This document shows positions 53,985 to 64,000 of a stretch of 64,000 nucleotides of DNA, piece by piece. Under the pieces are notes generated by a model. It saw only the letters and a list, made by a program, of their open reading frames with translations. It did no database searches and was not told where the DNA came from. Both the position numbers and the translations under genes were made by a program. Numbering within the stretch: position 1 is the stretch's first letter; every line of letters starts with the position of its first letter. The DNA is taken from assembly GCA_023334545.1 (NCBI GenBank), contig JAADVB010000020.1, forward strand, positions 62,460 through 126,459, read 5' to 3'. This DNA comes from Salisapilia sapeloensis CBS 127946. Taxonomy: Eukaryota > Protista > Oomycota.

Positions 53985-55144
53985 ATGTTCGGTCGCTTCC
54001 TCCGTCGCCATGGCCAAGTCGGTGCGCTCGCAGTGGGCGCCCCCATCGCAATGCTCACCTCCTCCACTGCCCATGCAGACTCCCACGTGTACACTAGCGG
54101 GTAATGCCTATGTCGCCTCTAATCTGAGCAGCGATCACACGCTGCTTAGCGACGTCTAAGATGATGCGTTAACATGGTCGAAAACAGAGAAGTGCTGGGA
54201 CGAGGTGTTCGATTGGAGTACTGGAAGGCCAAGGTAAGCTTTTATTCCGTACACACGTCTAGGAGTATGATTCTTATCTAGTTGCAAATAGCATGAAAAC
54301 GTGGCCGTTTTGGACTTTGAGAACGAGTTCATCCAATTGGGCATGACACGCATCCGCGATCACCGAAACGAAGGTCCACATCAATTCATACGCATCTGAT
54401 CCCATCCCTGATAACAATCTGATCATTCGAATAGGCGACAGCTTTACGCGTGATGCTAACGCTGTCCTTCGTGCCTCGATTGGCATGGCCCTGGCTCAGC
54501 TTCCCAACGATGAAGAGGTATGCTCCACCTTTTAATTGTCTCTTCAACCTATATTCATCCATCTATAGGCTGTCGTGAAGACGCCTGCAGGGTACAAGGC
54601 CCAAGGTTTGATGCTCGAAGATGGCGTAAAGGTCTGTGCTATCAGCATCGTGGCGAATCCGGAGCTCGAGGAAGACCTGTACAAGGTGATGGAAGAGTCA
54701 CTTCCGTTCGAGTCTAAGGTTGGCAACATCATGGTGAACAAGCTGGGCACAGGAGATGGACGTATCGTCAAGGACAACATTCCGGACGACGTCGCGAGCT
54801 ACCAAGTCCTTCTTGTCTGCCCTGACTTCCCGTCCTTTGAGCATATCAACTCCAGTATGGAAGCACTGACTGCGCGTGGTGTCAAGCAAGAAGACATTAC
54901 GGTCGTCACCCTAGTCACGTGCCCAGAGGCAGCGGACAAGTTCTGTGAAACGTACGCCGATGCGCATCTTGTCACTGCTTCGTACGATCACTCTCGCGAT
55001 AAAAAGGGTCGTATCATCCCTGGCATTGGTCAGTTTGAAGACCGATACTTGGGTGCCCAAAGTGGCATCGTCCAAGACGCGACGTTGGAAAAGCCGTCAG
55101 AAGAATCGTCTTCTTCTTGGTGGCCGTTTGGTGGGTCCAAGTGA
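53985..55144 (+). CDS. UPRT-like protein with mitochondrial presequence and degenerate catalytic motifs; about 5 exons
   Basis: MFGRFLRRHGQVGALAVGAP…; UPRT-like HENVAVLD…TRIRDHRNE|GDSFTRDANAVLR…LP; VCAISIV; IVKDNIPDDV; RGVKQEDI; IIPGIGQFEDRY. Confidence 0.8.
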
Positions 55145-55269
55145 AGCGAAAGAGGAATACAACAATCTCTTTAGAAAAAAATCTTTTCTTAGATACTTGT
55201 ACCGACGATGTACCAACTCATAACAACAAAACGATCCAGAACGAAAGAATCGCATCTACCTCGACGACG

Positions 55270-56485
55270 ATGCCTCTGAATTATAAAGTACAGTTTGCTG
55301 ATGGAGCTACGATAAAGCTCATGGGATTGCCGGATGCAACGACATTGGATGAACTTCGAGCGAAATTGTATGAAAAGTCTGGTGTCCAGCCAGAGGCGCA
55401 GCATCGTACGTACCATGCCGACGCTTGAGCTTCCAAGTCACACATGACATCTTACTCATCACGTAGTGCTTACTGGTTTCCCGCCGAAACCTGTTGAAGG
55501 CGATGGGGTATGACGATGCTCATAATTAGAATGGATTGACGTCATGAATGACATGTATGCATAGTCGAGTAAATTATCTGACCTCGGCATCACGTCTGGC
55601 GCCGTCCTCATTGTGAAAGAGCGTATGGAAATCTCAACTTCGACGAATGCAAGCAAGAAAATCTTCATGCGTCGGGTCGTTCCAGCAGACAATAGCTGTC
55701 TTTTCAATTCCATTGGGTATCATTCGCTTAATAATCGTCTCTGCTACGCTTCTAATGCACATTAAGCTATGCATTGGGAAAAGGCAAGCAGGGAAACGGT
55801 GCTGAAATGCGCAAGTTGATCATTGATACCATCAAACGTCATCCGGATCGATATACCGAAGTTTTCCTCGGTCGACCGGTAGAAGAGTACTGCACGTGGA
55901 TCCAGAACGACGCGTCGTGGGGAGGTGAGATCGAGCTCGAGATCTTGTGCAAGTTCTACAAGGTCGAGATCGTGGTCTTTGACGTCACCAGCATGAGTCG
56001 TCTGTGCTACGGTGAAGACCAAGGCTTCACGCAGCGCATGTTCCTTCTCTACGACGGCGTCCACTACGACATCGTCGTCGAGACACCTTCTAAATCAGCT
56101 TCTGAAAGCCAAGACACGACGCTCTTTTCTATCAATGACTTTGCCAAGGTACTTGCATCTGATACAATAACAACAAATGTACAGCAAGTGATGTGGTTGG
56201 TACTAGGTGGAGAAAGCGAGTGAAGTAGCGATCGAAGCACATCAGGTATCTTGCATACATACCATCTCCTATGCATCTCCTCTAAGCATACCTGATAGAA
56301 CCATGAATACACCGACCTTAATCGCTTTAACATCCAATGCATGGATTGCCGTCAACCTTTTGTCGGAGAGGTAGCTTTCATCGTCTCCTACCATACTCGC
56401 AATCGACTAACACTCTTCGTAGAAAGAAGCACAGGAGCATGCGATGCAGACCGGACACCAGCGTTTTGGCGAAGTCAAGCATTAA
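55270..56485 (+). CDS. OTU1: OTU1/YOD1 deubiquitinase (UBL-OTU-C2H2 zinc finger), multi-exon
   Basis: UBL ending in GFPPKP; catalytic VPADNSCLFNSI; WGGEIEL; YDGVHYD; spliced zinc finger QCMDCRQPFVGE|KEAQEHAMQTGHQRFGEVKH*. Confidence 0.93.
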
Positions 56486-56544
56486 TAGACAAGACACTTG
56501 TTTCGTACTTGTATCAATTCTTATTAGTTAAAGCAAAGAGCTAC

Positions 56545-58032
56545 TTAGGAAGTAAATTCAGCTGACGTCGAGTGCAATGGACTGCGGATGCTTACAGGCG
56601 CAGGCTGTGTCATCCTCGCTGCCTCTTCATCCTCCTCCATCTCTTTCTTCGCTTTGTCCACAACCTTGGTGTACCAGACTAAGCTCCCGATGCTGACGAC
56701 ACTGAGCAAGATGTCGATGATAAATACGGGCGTCAACGTCGAGATGGCTGCTGGGACGAGCGGCAAGACGATCCGAGAGACAGATGCAGCTGAACCCAAG
56801 AGTCCCATCAACGTTCCTTGCGGCCTGCCTCCGAGCAATTTAGAGAAAGCTGCAACGACGACAGCAGTCGTAATGGGGCAACCGATGCTCCAGACGAACA
56901 GTTCACTGATAATTAGACGAGGGAAGGACAGGCTGTCGGGCGCGATGACCAAGAGCAGATTTCCAATGGTCAGCATACCGAAACCAGTGAGAACCCACGA
57001 CACATCCGAGATGGAGTGACGGAAGTACTCGATGGAAAAGTATGTTAACAAACCAAGGAGACCGAGGTAGAATTGGAAGTTGGATGCCGTGACGACTGCC
57101 GAGATACTATCCGGATCACTTCCGGTAACTTGGAGGAAGAGTGGTATGTTGACTGTCTCAAAGACAGACAAGATACCGCGAGCGTTAAAGTTCAAAAGGA
57201 TGAAGACACCAGCACCAATCTTGACGATTCGATCCGGCAAGGACGTGTGACTATCCGTGGAACCGGCACCGGACGTTGGGCTGCTCGGAGGACCATCCTC
57301 TTTCCTCACGGACTCGTCAAACACAGTTAGCATGAGCATAATCGTGAGCGCGTTAAGAGAGATGAGGATGACACCAGGGGATGTGAAGCGGTTGAAGTGG
57401 ATACCGAGCAAAAAGGCATCGGCTTCCGCCACCAGGCTACCTAGTCCAGGAGTCAAGGCATATCCGAGGAAGACGACCGTTGCAAGGATCGTCAAGTACT
57501 TTAGTCGCTGGTGGACGTGCGTCATGGCAGCAACATTGGCTCGACAGACGCTTCGATTGCCAGCACCAAAGCCAACGAGAAAGCGACTGATTGCCAAGAG
57601 GTAGAGACTGTCCGTCACATGAGCATCTGCGATGAGATAGAGAAGATTGCCTAGGAGGCAGATGGCGGAGGATACGATGTACACGAAACGGAACGAGTAC
57701 TTGTCACACATCCAGCCAAAGACTGTGGAGGATATGAGTCGACCGACGGAGAAGACGGACGTGAGGAGACCCATGAAGGCCAAATCACCACCTAGAGACT
57801 TGTTGTAAAGGAAGAGCGTGGCGAGCACGATACCTCTCGAGGACTCGGCTGAGAACTCGACAAAGTTGATGAGAAACATGTTGAGCAGCCATCGCATGCG
57901 CCGACTGGTTGGTGAAGGCAGGACGGATTTGTCCGCATTGGTTGTATCATCCGTGGATACCGTGATGGAGCCGTAAGACTGCACCGGCGTCCTGGGCGTT
58001 CCAGCAGCAGAAACTGGTGTCGTCTGAGTCAT
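56545..58032 (-). CDS. Major facilitator superfamily transporter (MFSD8/CLN7-like)
   Basis: About 12 TM helices, motif-A-like FGWMCDKY, SRFLVGFGAGN, FNRFTSPG and FSKLLGGRPQGTLMGLLGSAASVSRIVLP. Confidence 0.88.
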   Translation of the reverse strand: MTQTTPVSAAGTPRTPVQSYGSITVSTDDTTNADKSVLPSPTSRRMRWLLNMFLINFVEFSAESSRGIVLATLFLYNKSLGGDLAFMGLLTSVFSVGRLISSTVFGWMCDKYSFRFVYIVSSAICLLGNLLYLIADAHVTDSLYLLAISRFLVGFGAGNRSVCRANVAAMTHVHQRLKYLTILATVVFLGYALTPGLGSLVAEADAFLLGIHFNRFTSPGVILISLNALTIMLMLTVFDESVRKEDGPPSSPTSGAGSTDSHTSLPDRIVKIGAGVFILLNFNARGILSVFETVNIPLFLQVTGSDPDSISAVVTASNFQFYLGLLGLLTYFSIEYFRHSISDVSWVLTGFGMLTIGNLLLVIAPDSLSFPRLIISELFVWSIGCPITTAVVVAAFSKLLGGRPQGTLMGLLGSAASVSRIVLPLVPAAISTLTPVFIIDILLSVVSIGSLVWYTKVVDKAKKEMEEDEEAARMTQPAPVSIRSPLHSTSAEFTS

Positions 58033-58423
58033 CTGCAGGTGGAGGAAAGATGGAAAATAACGTTGTGGCTAGCATCCTACAAGGTCAGCCCTCAGTCGTG
58101 TGCCATCGAATCTCTTGCTTATTTTTGTATCATGAAAAGACACCAAACTGATATTTTGGTCTTAGCCACTTTGTATGACGCCGGATTTTTATGAGACATG
58201 TCCTGACGATCCAGCGTGCGTCATCGCCAATCCAGGCACGCGTACGCCAATTAGTACGTTTTAGAGAGCAAAGCTGAAAATTAGCTGGATTTTATACGTA
58301 TGAGTTAACATGACGAAAAACGGAAACATCGATTGAAGATACTGAATTTTAAATTCGAAAGATTTGGTACGTATCAGGTACGGAGGTGGTACGATTCGAA
58401 CACCAACCGATCAGCGTTGAAAA

Positions 58424-59365
58424 ATGCTGGCGATCAGTGCGTCGGAGCGCCAATTTATTGCCGAAGGTGTCGCTGCTGGCGTCCGTGCAGATGGACGAGG
58501 ACGGTTACAGTTTCGAGATGCAGTCGTCGAGACTTCCTTGCTCCCACAGTCCAATGGGTCGGCACGCATCTTCTTAGCAAACGGAGCAGCAAGCGACCTC
58601 TTGGCATCCGTGAAATTAGAAGTCGCGAAACCACCGACATCGAGACCTTCGGAGGGGATCTTCGAAGTAGCTGTCACATGCAGTCCGTCCGTCTCACGCA
58701 AGCTATCCGGAAGAGCTGCTGATGACTTAAATGCGGAGTTGTCTCAGCGAATGACTAGATTGATCACTTCTTCCATATCTCCGGAATGCAAGCAGAGACT
58801 ATGTCTTGTTAAAGGCCAAAGCGTCTGGGCCGTTCGTGTGGATGTCACTGTTTTCGAAGCTGGAGGCAATTTAGATGACCTCATCGCTCTAACGACGTAC
58901 GCTGCCATTTCCGACACCGTTGTTCCAAAGATTGATGTTTTGTCTGGTGTTGAACCTGAAGGTGAGACCAGCTCTGGTCCCGTATTGGAAGTCGAAGCAG
59001 ATCCAGCAGTCGGATCGTCCCTGCTTACCTACGACGTCGCAAACAGTGAATCGACCGATGCCATGAATTGGCCAATATGCGTTACATTGGCCAAGATCGG
59101 CCATGCATTTGTCCTTGACACAACCTTGGAGGAAGAACAATGTGCTGATGGTCGGATAACGGTGGCAGTTGATAGAAATGGTCAGATTGGAGGCATCCAA
59201 AAGACAGGAAGTGCAGCATTAGATCCGAAAGAATGCCAGCAAATGGTGGACGAAGCATGTGATCGTGCCAAACTACTTTTCCAGCGAATGGAAGGTGCCA
59301 TCCAGAAACAGCAACAGGAACAGTCGCAGGGTAGCCGACAAGAAAGATTAGGCTTTCTTCGTTAA
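58424..59365 (+). CDS. EXOSC7: Exosome complex RNase PH-like subunit RRP42
   Basis: RADGRGRLQFR, SNGSARI, LASVKLEV..P…EG, W.VRVDV…GGNLDD and DTTLEEE. Confidence 0.88.
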   Translation: MLAISASERQFIAEGVAAGVRADGRGRLQFRDAVVETSLLPQSNGSARIFLANGAASDLLASVKLEVAKPPTSRPSEGIFEVAVTCSPSVSRKLSGRAADDLNAELSQRMTRLITSSISPECKQRLCLVKGQSVWAVRVDVTVFEAGGNLDDLIALTTYAAISDTVVPKIDVLSGVEPEGETSSGPVLEVEADPAVGSSLLTYDVANSESTDAMNWPICVTLAKIGHAFVLDTTLEEEQCADGRITVAVDRNGQIGGIQKTGSAALDPKECQQMVDEACDRAKLLFQRMEGAIQKQQQEQSQGSRQERLGFLR

Positions 59366-59519
59366 GGAATAAGAATTTCTTTTCTTTTATGCATTTAACT
59401 TTATATCAGGTTCGGCCAATCGTTGTTCTCTCCACTTGGTATCGCAATCTAAAGAAAAAGAAAAGAGAGCGCAAAGTCTGAAACTCGTGGTAGACAGACT
59501 TTTAGACAATTGAGCAGCT

Positions 59520-61829
59520 ATGACCGCCGTCTCGATTTTCTATGGTTCCCAGACAGGCGCTGCCGAGTCCATTGCGCAACGTATATACGAAGAAGCGAAT
59601 GACAAAGAGCTGGATGCCTCGCTACATCCTCTCAACGACTTTCAAAAAGTAGAGTATCTCTTGTTAAACCATTGGAGCTGCATGCTAAATGTGATATTAT
59701 CTTGGAATAGTCAAAAGTACTGGAGACGGAAGGGCATCATGTTATCATCGTGACTTCGACGACAGGGAATGGAGACCCACCAGATAATGCAGACCGCTTC
59801 TGGCGTTTTGCCAAGCGACGGTCTCAACCAAAGGATCTCTTTGCCAATCTCCATTTCACCGTCCTAGGTCTTGGAGATACCAATTACGACCGATTTTGGT
59901 ATGCACCACCAACGATGAAAGTACCATGATGCTGTTGATACTGATAATGGATCATAGCCATATGGGCAAAAGCATTAACCGGCGCATAGCGGAATTGGGC
60001 GGGCATCGTTTCTACGACATGGGTGCTTTGAATGCTTATAATACAGTTTCATTACTCTGTTATTAATGACGAAATGTAGCCGCTGCAGATGAAGCGATGG
60101 GGTTGGAGGAGACGGTCGAACCTTGGCTGGACGGTCTCTGGGATGCCTTTGACAAGTCCATTGGAACCGTCAAAGCTACTTCTGACGCAGCAGGTAACGA
60201 TGACGCAACGTCGGATGATATCTCATCGTCAGACGCGACGACTAACAATACGACGACTGCTTCGTCGATGGCTACCTTGCCACCGAATCTTCAGACGTAT
60301 GATATGCTCTTTGGTGCTTCCACTTCCACGGAAGCTCCAACGGATGTACCACGCTTACAGAAACCTCTTGTAACAGTCCGCTTCTCTGAAAAATCGACTG
60401 AAGCAGAAACACCTGGAAACACGTCCGAGATTCAGGAATACAGTCTAGAACACCCATACACAGCTCGTATCACCAACGCAGAGTACTTGACGACTGAGAC
60501 GAGCTCCAGAAAGGTTCTAGGTGTGGAAATCGATGTTTCTGGCTCCGAAATGGCGTACAAGCCAGGTGACGCGATTGCAATCAAGTGCCCCAATCGATCG
60601 GATGAAGTCGACGGACTCCTTCATCGGCTTGGACTTAAAGGACAGACGTGGTGTGGAGTGGAAGGCACCAAGAGTTCTAGTCGGAAAGCAAGCCCGGCAG
60701 ACAGATTCCCATCCCATTGCTCCCTTCGCGATCTTTTCTTGCATCATGTCGACATTCGTAGTAGTCCTAAGAAGGGTGCTTTGAGAACTTTAGCAACGTT
60801 TTGCTTGAATGAAGAGGAGAAAGCAAGACTGCTATTACTCAGCAGCAAAGCCGGTGCAGACAAGTACAAGGTACATATATCATAAAAGACGATACGAACG
60901 ATGACTCATAGCGTTTGATGTAGACAATGGTGACGGATCAACAGCTCACGTTCCTCGAGGTGTTGCTTCTCTTCCGATCTTGCTCCCCGCCGTTGGACAC
61001 GGTCCTAAGCCTACTTCCACAACTCATGCCTCGATACTACTCGGTCGCATCCTCTCCGCTTGGACCAAGAGGCTCCGACCGTATGTACATTGCACTGACT
61101 ATCGTCAAGGAAGAGATCAATGACAAAGGACTCGTACGTCATGGACTCTGCACCAACTGGCTGCATGACCTCTGTCAGCCTCTACTGACCGGATCTACCG
61201 TACCCTCGCCACTGGAAGTCCAGGTCTTCATGCGTCCTAGTCATGACTTTAGTCTCCCAGCTAGCCACAAGTGGCCTTTGATCTTGATTGGACCTGGCAC
61301 CGGCGTCGCTCCTTTCATCGGCTTCCTCGAACATCGCTACTACGAATTACAGAGGCATAACGAAGAACCGTCGGAAGTGTCGACTGGCTTCTGGCGAGGC
61401 GGCTTTGAAGTCCAGTTGCAAGACGATCCAGAGTACCGTTATGCTCCTGCTTTGGAAAAGTCCAAAGACGGCAACTTGCTCTTCTTTGGCTGTCGCCATA
61501 AAGACGAGGACTGGATCTTCAAGCCACAGATGCACCAAGCGATGGAGAATGGTACGCTTAGCAGTCTCTTCACAGCATTCTCAAGAGATCAAGAGGAGAA
61601 ACATTACGTCCAGCATGATCTACGTACGAACGGGAAGCTCGTGTGCGACTTGTTACTCGAGTCGAATGGATATGTCTTTGTGTGTGGAGACGGCATGGAT
61701 ATGGCAAAGGATGTGCATGAAGCATTGGCTGATGTTTTGGAGACTCATGGGCACATGACAAAGGAAGAGGCAAAGGAAAAGCTGACGGAACTCATGACAC
61801 GACAGCGTTATGTCCGAGATATTTGGTAG
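59520..61829 (+). CDS. MTRR: Diflavin reductase, most like methionine synthase reductase; about 5 exons
   Basis: Flavodoxin YGSQTGAAESIA, STTGNGDPPDNA and LGLGDTNY; FAD RYYSVASSP; LIGPGTGVAPFIGFLEHR; FFGCRH; YVCGDG…MAKDV; ends RYVRDIW. MTRR is preferred over CPR because there is no N-terminal TM anchor. Confidence 0.8.
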
Positions 61830-61915
61830 ATTTATTCTTATTCGCTTCGAATTCACGATCTCCCCGCTCCAAGGCGCAGAGATGGAAGACGAACCGAATC
61901 AATATATTCTCGCAC

Positions 61916-63838
61916 TTACGTTCGACGCATGTGCACTTGCCCATCTTGTACATTCGCTTCCACACCGTTTCGTTCTAGCACGTCTTCAGACGTTGAATCC
62001 ATGCCTTGGGGCTTCAGTGCGCTAATGTACGCTTGATTCTCTTCATTCCCTTCGCACAAGTGACGCAAGGCAACGAGCGACCACTCTCGAATGAGCGGAT
62101 TGTTATCATCGATATTGCAGTGGTTTAGGAAAAGAGGCAGATAGCCTTCGTCTCGTACGAGATCTTGGTGATCGCGGTGACGAAAGACCAAGTTTCCACA
62201 TGCGCGGATGATGGACGATCGATACCCTTGTGGCTCATGCTTGCTCAAGACAGTCATACCAGCTCGTAAGGTTGATCCAGTTGATGCTTCGTCCCGACCT
62301 TCCAGCCACACACGTTGTAGCTCCTGTAGAAGCGATCGCAATGCTTCAGTTCCGATGGATGAAAGAACAAAGTGAGAGTCGAGAGAGAAGTCTCCGATGC
62401 AATCTAAAAGCAGAAGCTTGGCAGCGTTTTCCAACTGCTGCCACATCTCTTTCCGACCTTCTTCCACATCATCCGGACGATCTTCATTGTCTGCAATTGT
62501 AATCGCTTTCCATGTTTTCAAGACAAATTCGATATTAGTGTCTGATCGTCCTTTAGATCCAGACGATGTGATGTACGTGGTGAAAATACGAAGTAGAATG
62601 AGCTGTTCAGGTGTCACACGACTCCAGAGGCGACTTAGTAGATGCGCTCCAACAGCGTTAAACATCTTGTCGATATGTTCGCTGTGAAATAAGCAATGGA
62701 AAAGTGCTGATAGCCATTCGAATGCCGGATCGTCCTCATCGATCTCAGATGAAGACGGCATTTGTGAATGCTGCGTATTCGATTGCACGAGGAAGCGTTG
62801 GAGAAGTGTGACGACAATGTTACGATGGCAAACCTGTCACCACATATGGTAAGTCTAGGAGAGTACATGGAGAAGATGATGGTTGTACTAGTTCAAGGCA
62901 TCGTTCACTCGCTTCATCCGTATTACTACTGACGCAATTGAGCAATAGAGCGGCTGTAAAGGCAATGACTTTGCGTTGTTCATGGCATTCTACCAGTAGT
63001 TTCTAAACATACTGTCAGGGCATGTTAATAAGGCCGGTAAGAGGTAGCATACTTCACAATCGTTTGGAAAGAACAAGCGCCATACGACTTTCTGATTCTC
63101 CTCGCATCCTGTGATCATGTTGACTCCACTTTGGAGTGCGACTTGACCTAATAGAACGACAGAACTGCTTCTCATAAGTCAACGACGGACTTATACAATA
63201 AGTATTGACATACCTCTTTATGCTATTCTCTTCCACGTCCATCCAAAGGCACACTTTGGTAATCATAGCATGGATCTAGACACGAGTGATAAGTACATTT
63301 ATCTATAACAAAAGTGTACATGTAGGTATCTACCTTTGGTAACAGGTCATGCGATCGACATAGCTGTTGGTTTCGTGGACATGCAGCACAGGCATTCCGA
63401 AGAAATCGAAACGCACTTGTAGCAGCACTTGCATACGCTTTCACTAGCTCTTCGCTACCTTCTTCGATCGTAGGACGTGGAATATCGCTCTGCTCGACGG
63501 TCAGAGCCTCAGATTCATTCGCATTTTTGGCTACATTGAACGTGTATCCGAAGCCGTCTTCATCCTGTCCGTCACCTTCGTTGCTCGCATCACTTGTCGC
63601 TTTCGTGCCTTGAGCGTGAATCAAGCTATCGAGCTTATTGATACACTCTGCCAATGCATCGTCAGCATTAGTCCAACAGTCCGAACCTTTCAGTGATTCA
63701 CTACAACGTACAACAATTCAAGTCACTCTCGGATATGCAAATATGATCTAATATGTATTGTGATTACCGGAAGCTTTGATCACGACACTGGGTTGCCAGC
63801 GACTCGAACGAAACGGTCCATTCGGATGGCGATGACAT
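61916..63838 (-). CDS. ATXN10: Ataxin-10 homologue (ARM repeats), multi-exon
   Basis: C-terminal RACGNLVFRHRDHQDLVRDEGYLPLFLNHCNIDDNNPLIREWSLVALRHLCEGNEENQ; N-terminal FRFLRNACA. First exon MSSPSEW… starts at 63838. Confidence 0.88.
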
Positions 63839-63915
63839 GGTTGTCTACTTTGTTGTCAGTATACAAACATCAAGAGAAAGGTCGGTGGTGTGAAAGGTCG
63901 TGCAAGTGGAGGAGA

Positions 63916-64000
63916 ATGAGTCGAGGCGAGTCTTCGATGCCGCAGATCTCGTTCGATGACGAGTACCGTATTCGCCTACTGGAGAAGGAGAAGATCACGC
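63916..64000 (+). CDS. IFT20: Intraflagellar transport protein IFT20, N-terminal fragment truncated by the window end
   Basis: MSRGESSMPQISFDDEYRIRLLEKEKIT resembles the IFT20 N-terminus (F-D-E/D-x-x-x-R-I/V/L-L-D/E). Only 28 codons are visible. Confidence 0.7.
   Translation, partial: MSRGESSMPQISFDDEYRIRLLEKEKIT

Overview
Gene-dense, intron-containing eukaryotic DNA (~35 protein genes, one tRNA; short GT-AG introns of ~50-85 nt), most consistent with an oomycete or close stramenopile. The assignment is inferred from the gene families, INR/FPR-type core promoters and intron size. Housekeeping genes include NADP-IDH, IMPDH, RPL35, BRX1, RRP42, OTU1/YOD1, MTRR, ATXN10, a RAD51 paralogue, a SWEET and an MFS transporter. 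Regulators include a MEF2-type MADS box, a double-PC4 protein, a bHLH-zip and CBP/p300. Signalling and flagellar genes include a RasGEF, a cNMP-binding protein, an ACAP-type ArfGAP, an IQ/p25alpha/B-box protein and the start of IFT20. The most unusual items are: (1) a two-repeat (2x6TM) voltage-gated channel with Cav/BacNav-like filters (TLENW/TMDSW) and C-terminal EF-hands, head-to-head with a TKL kinase carrying an adenylyl-cyclase-like 6TM module; (2) a mitochondrially targeted UPRT with a degenerate active site; (3) tandem membrane-anchored double-TRP14 thioredoxins; (4) bacterial-type Tam and Aat (L/F-transferase) homologues. No transposon, CRISPR array or rRNA was seen. Exon boundaries were read by hand and family calls come from remembered motifs; no database searches were run.
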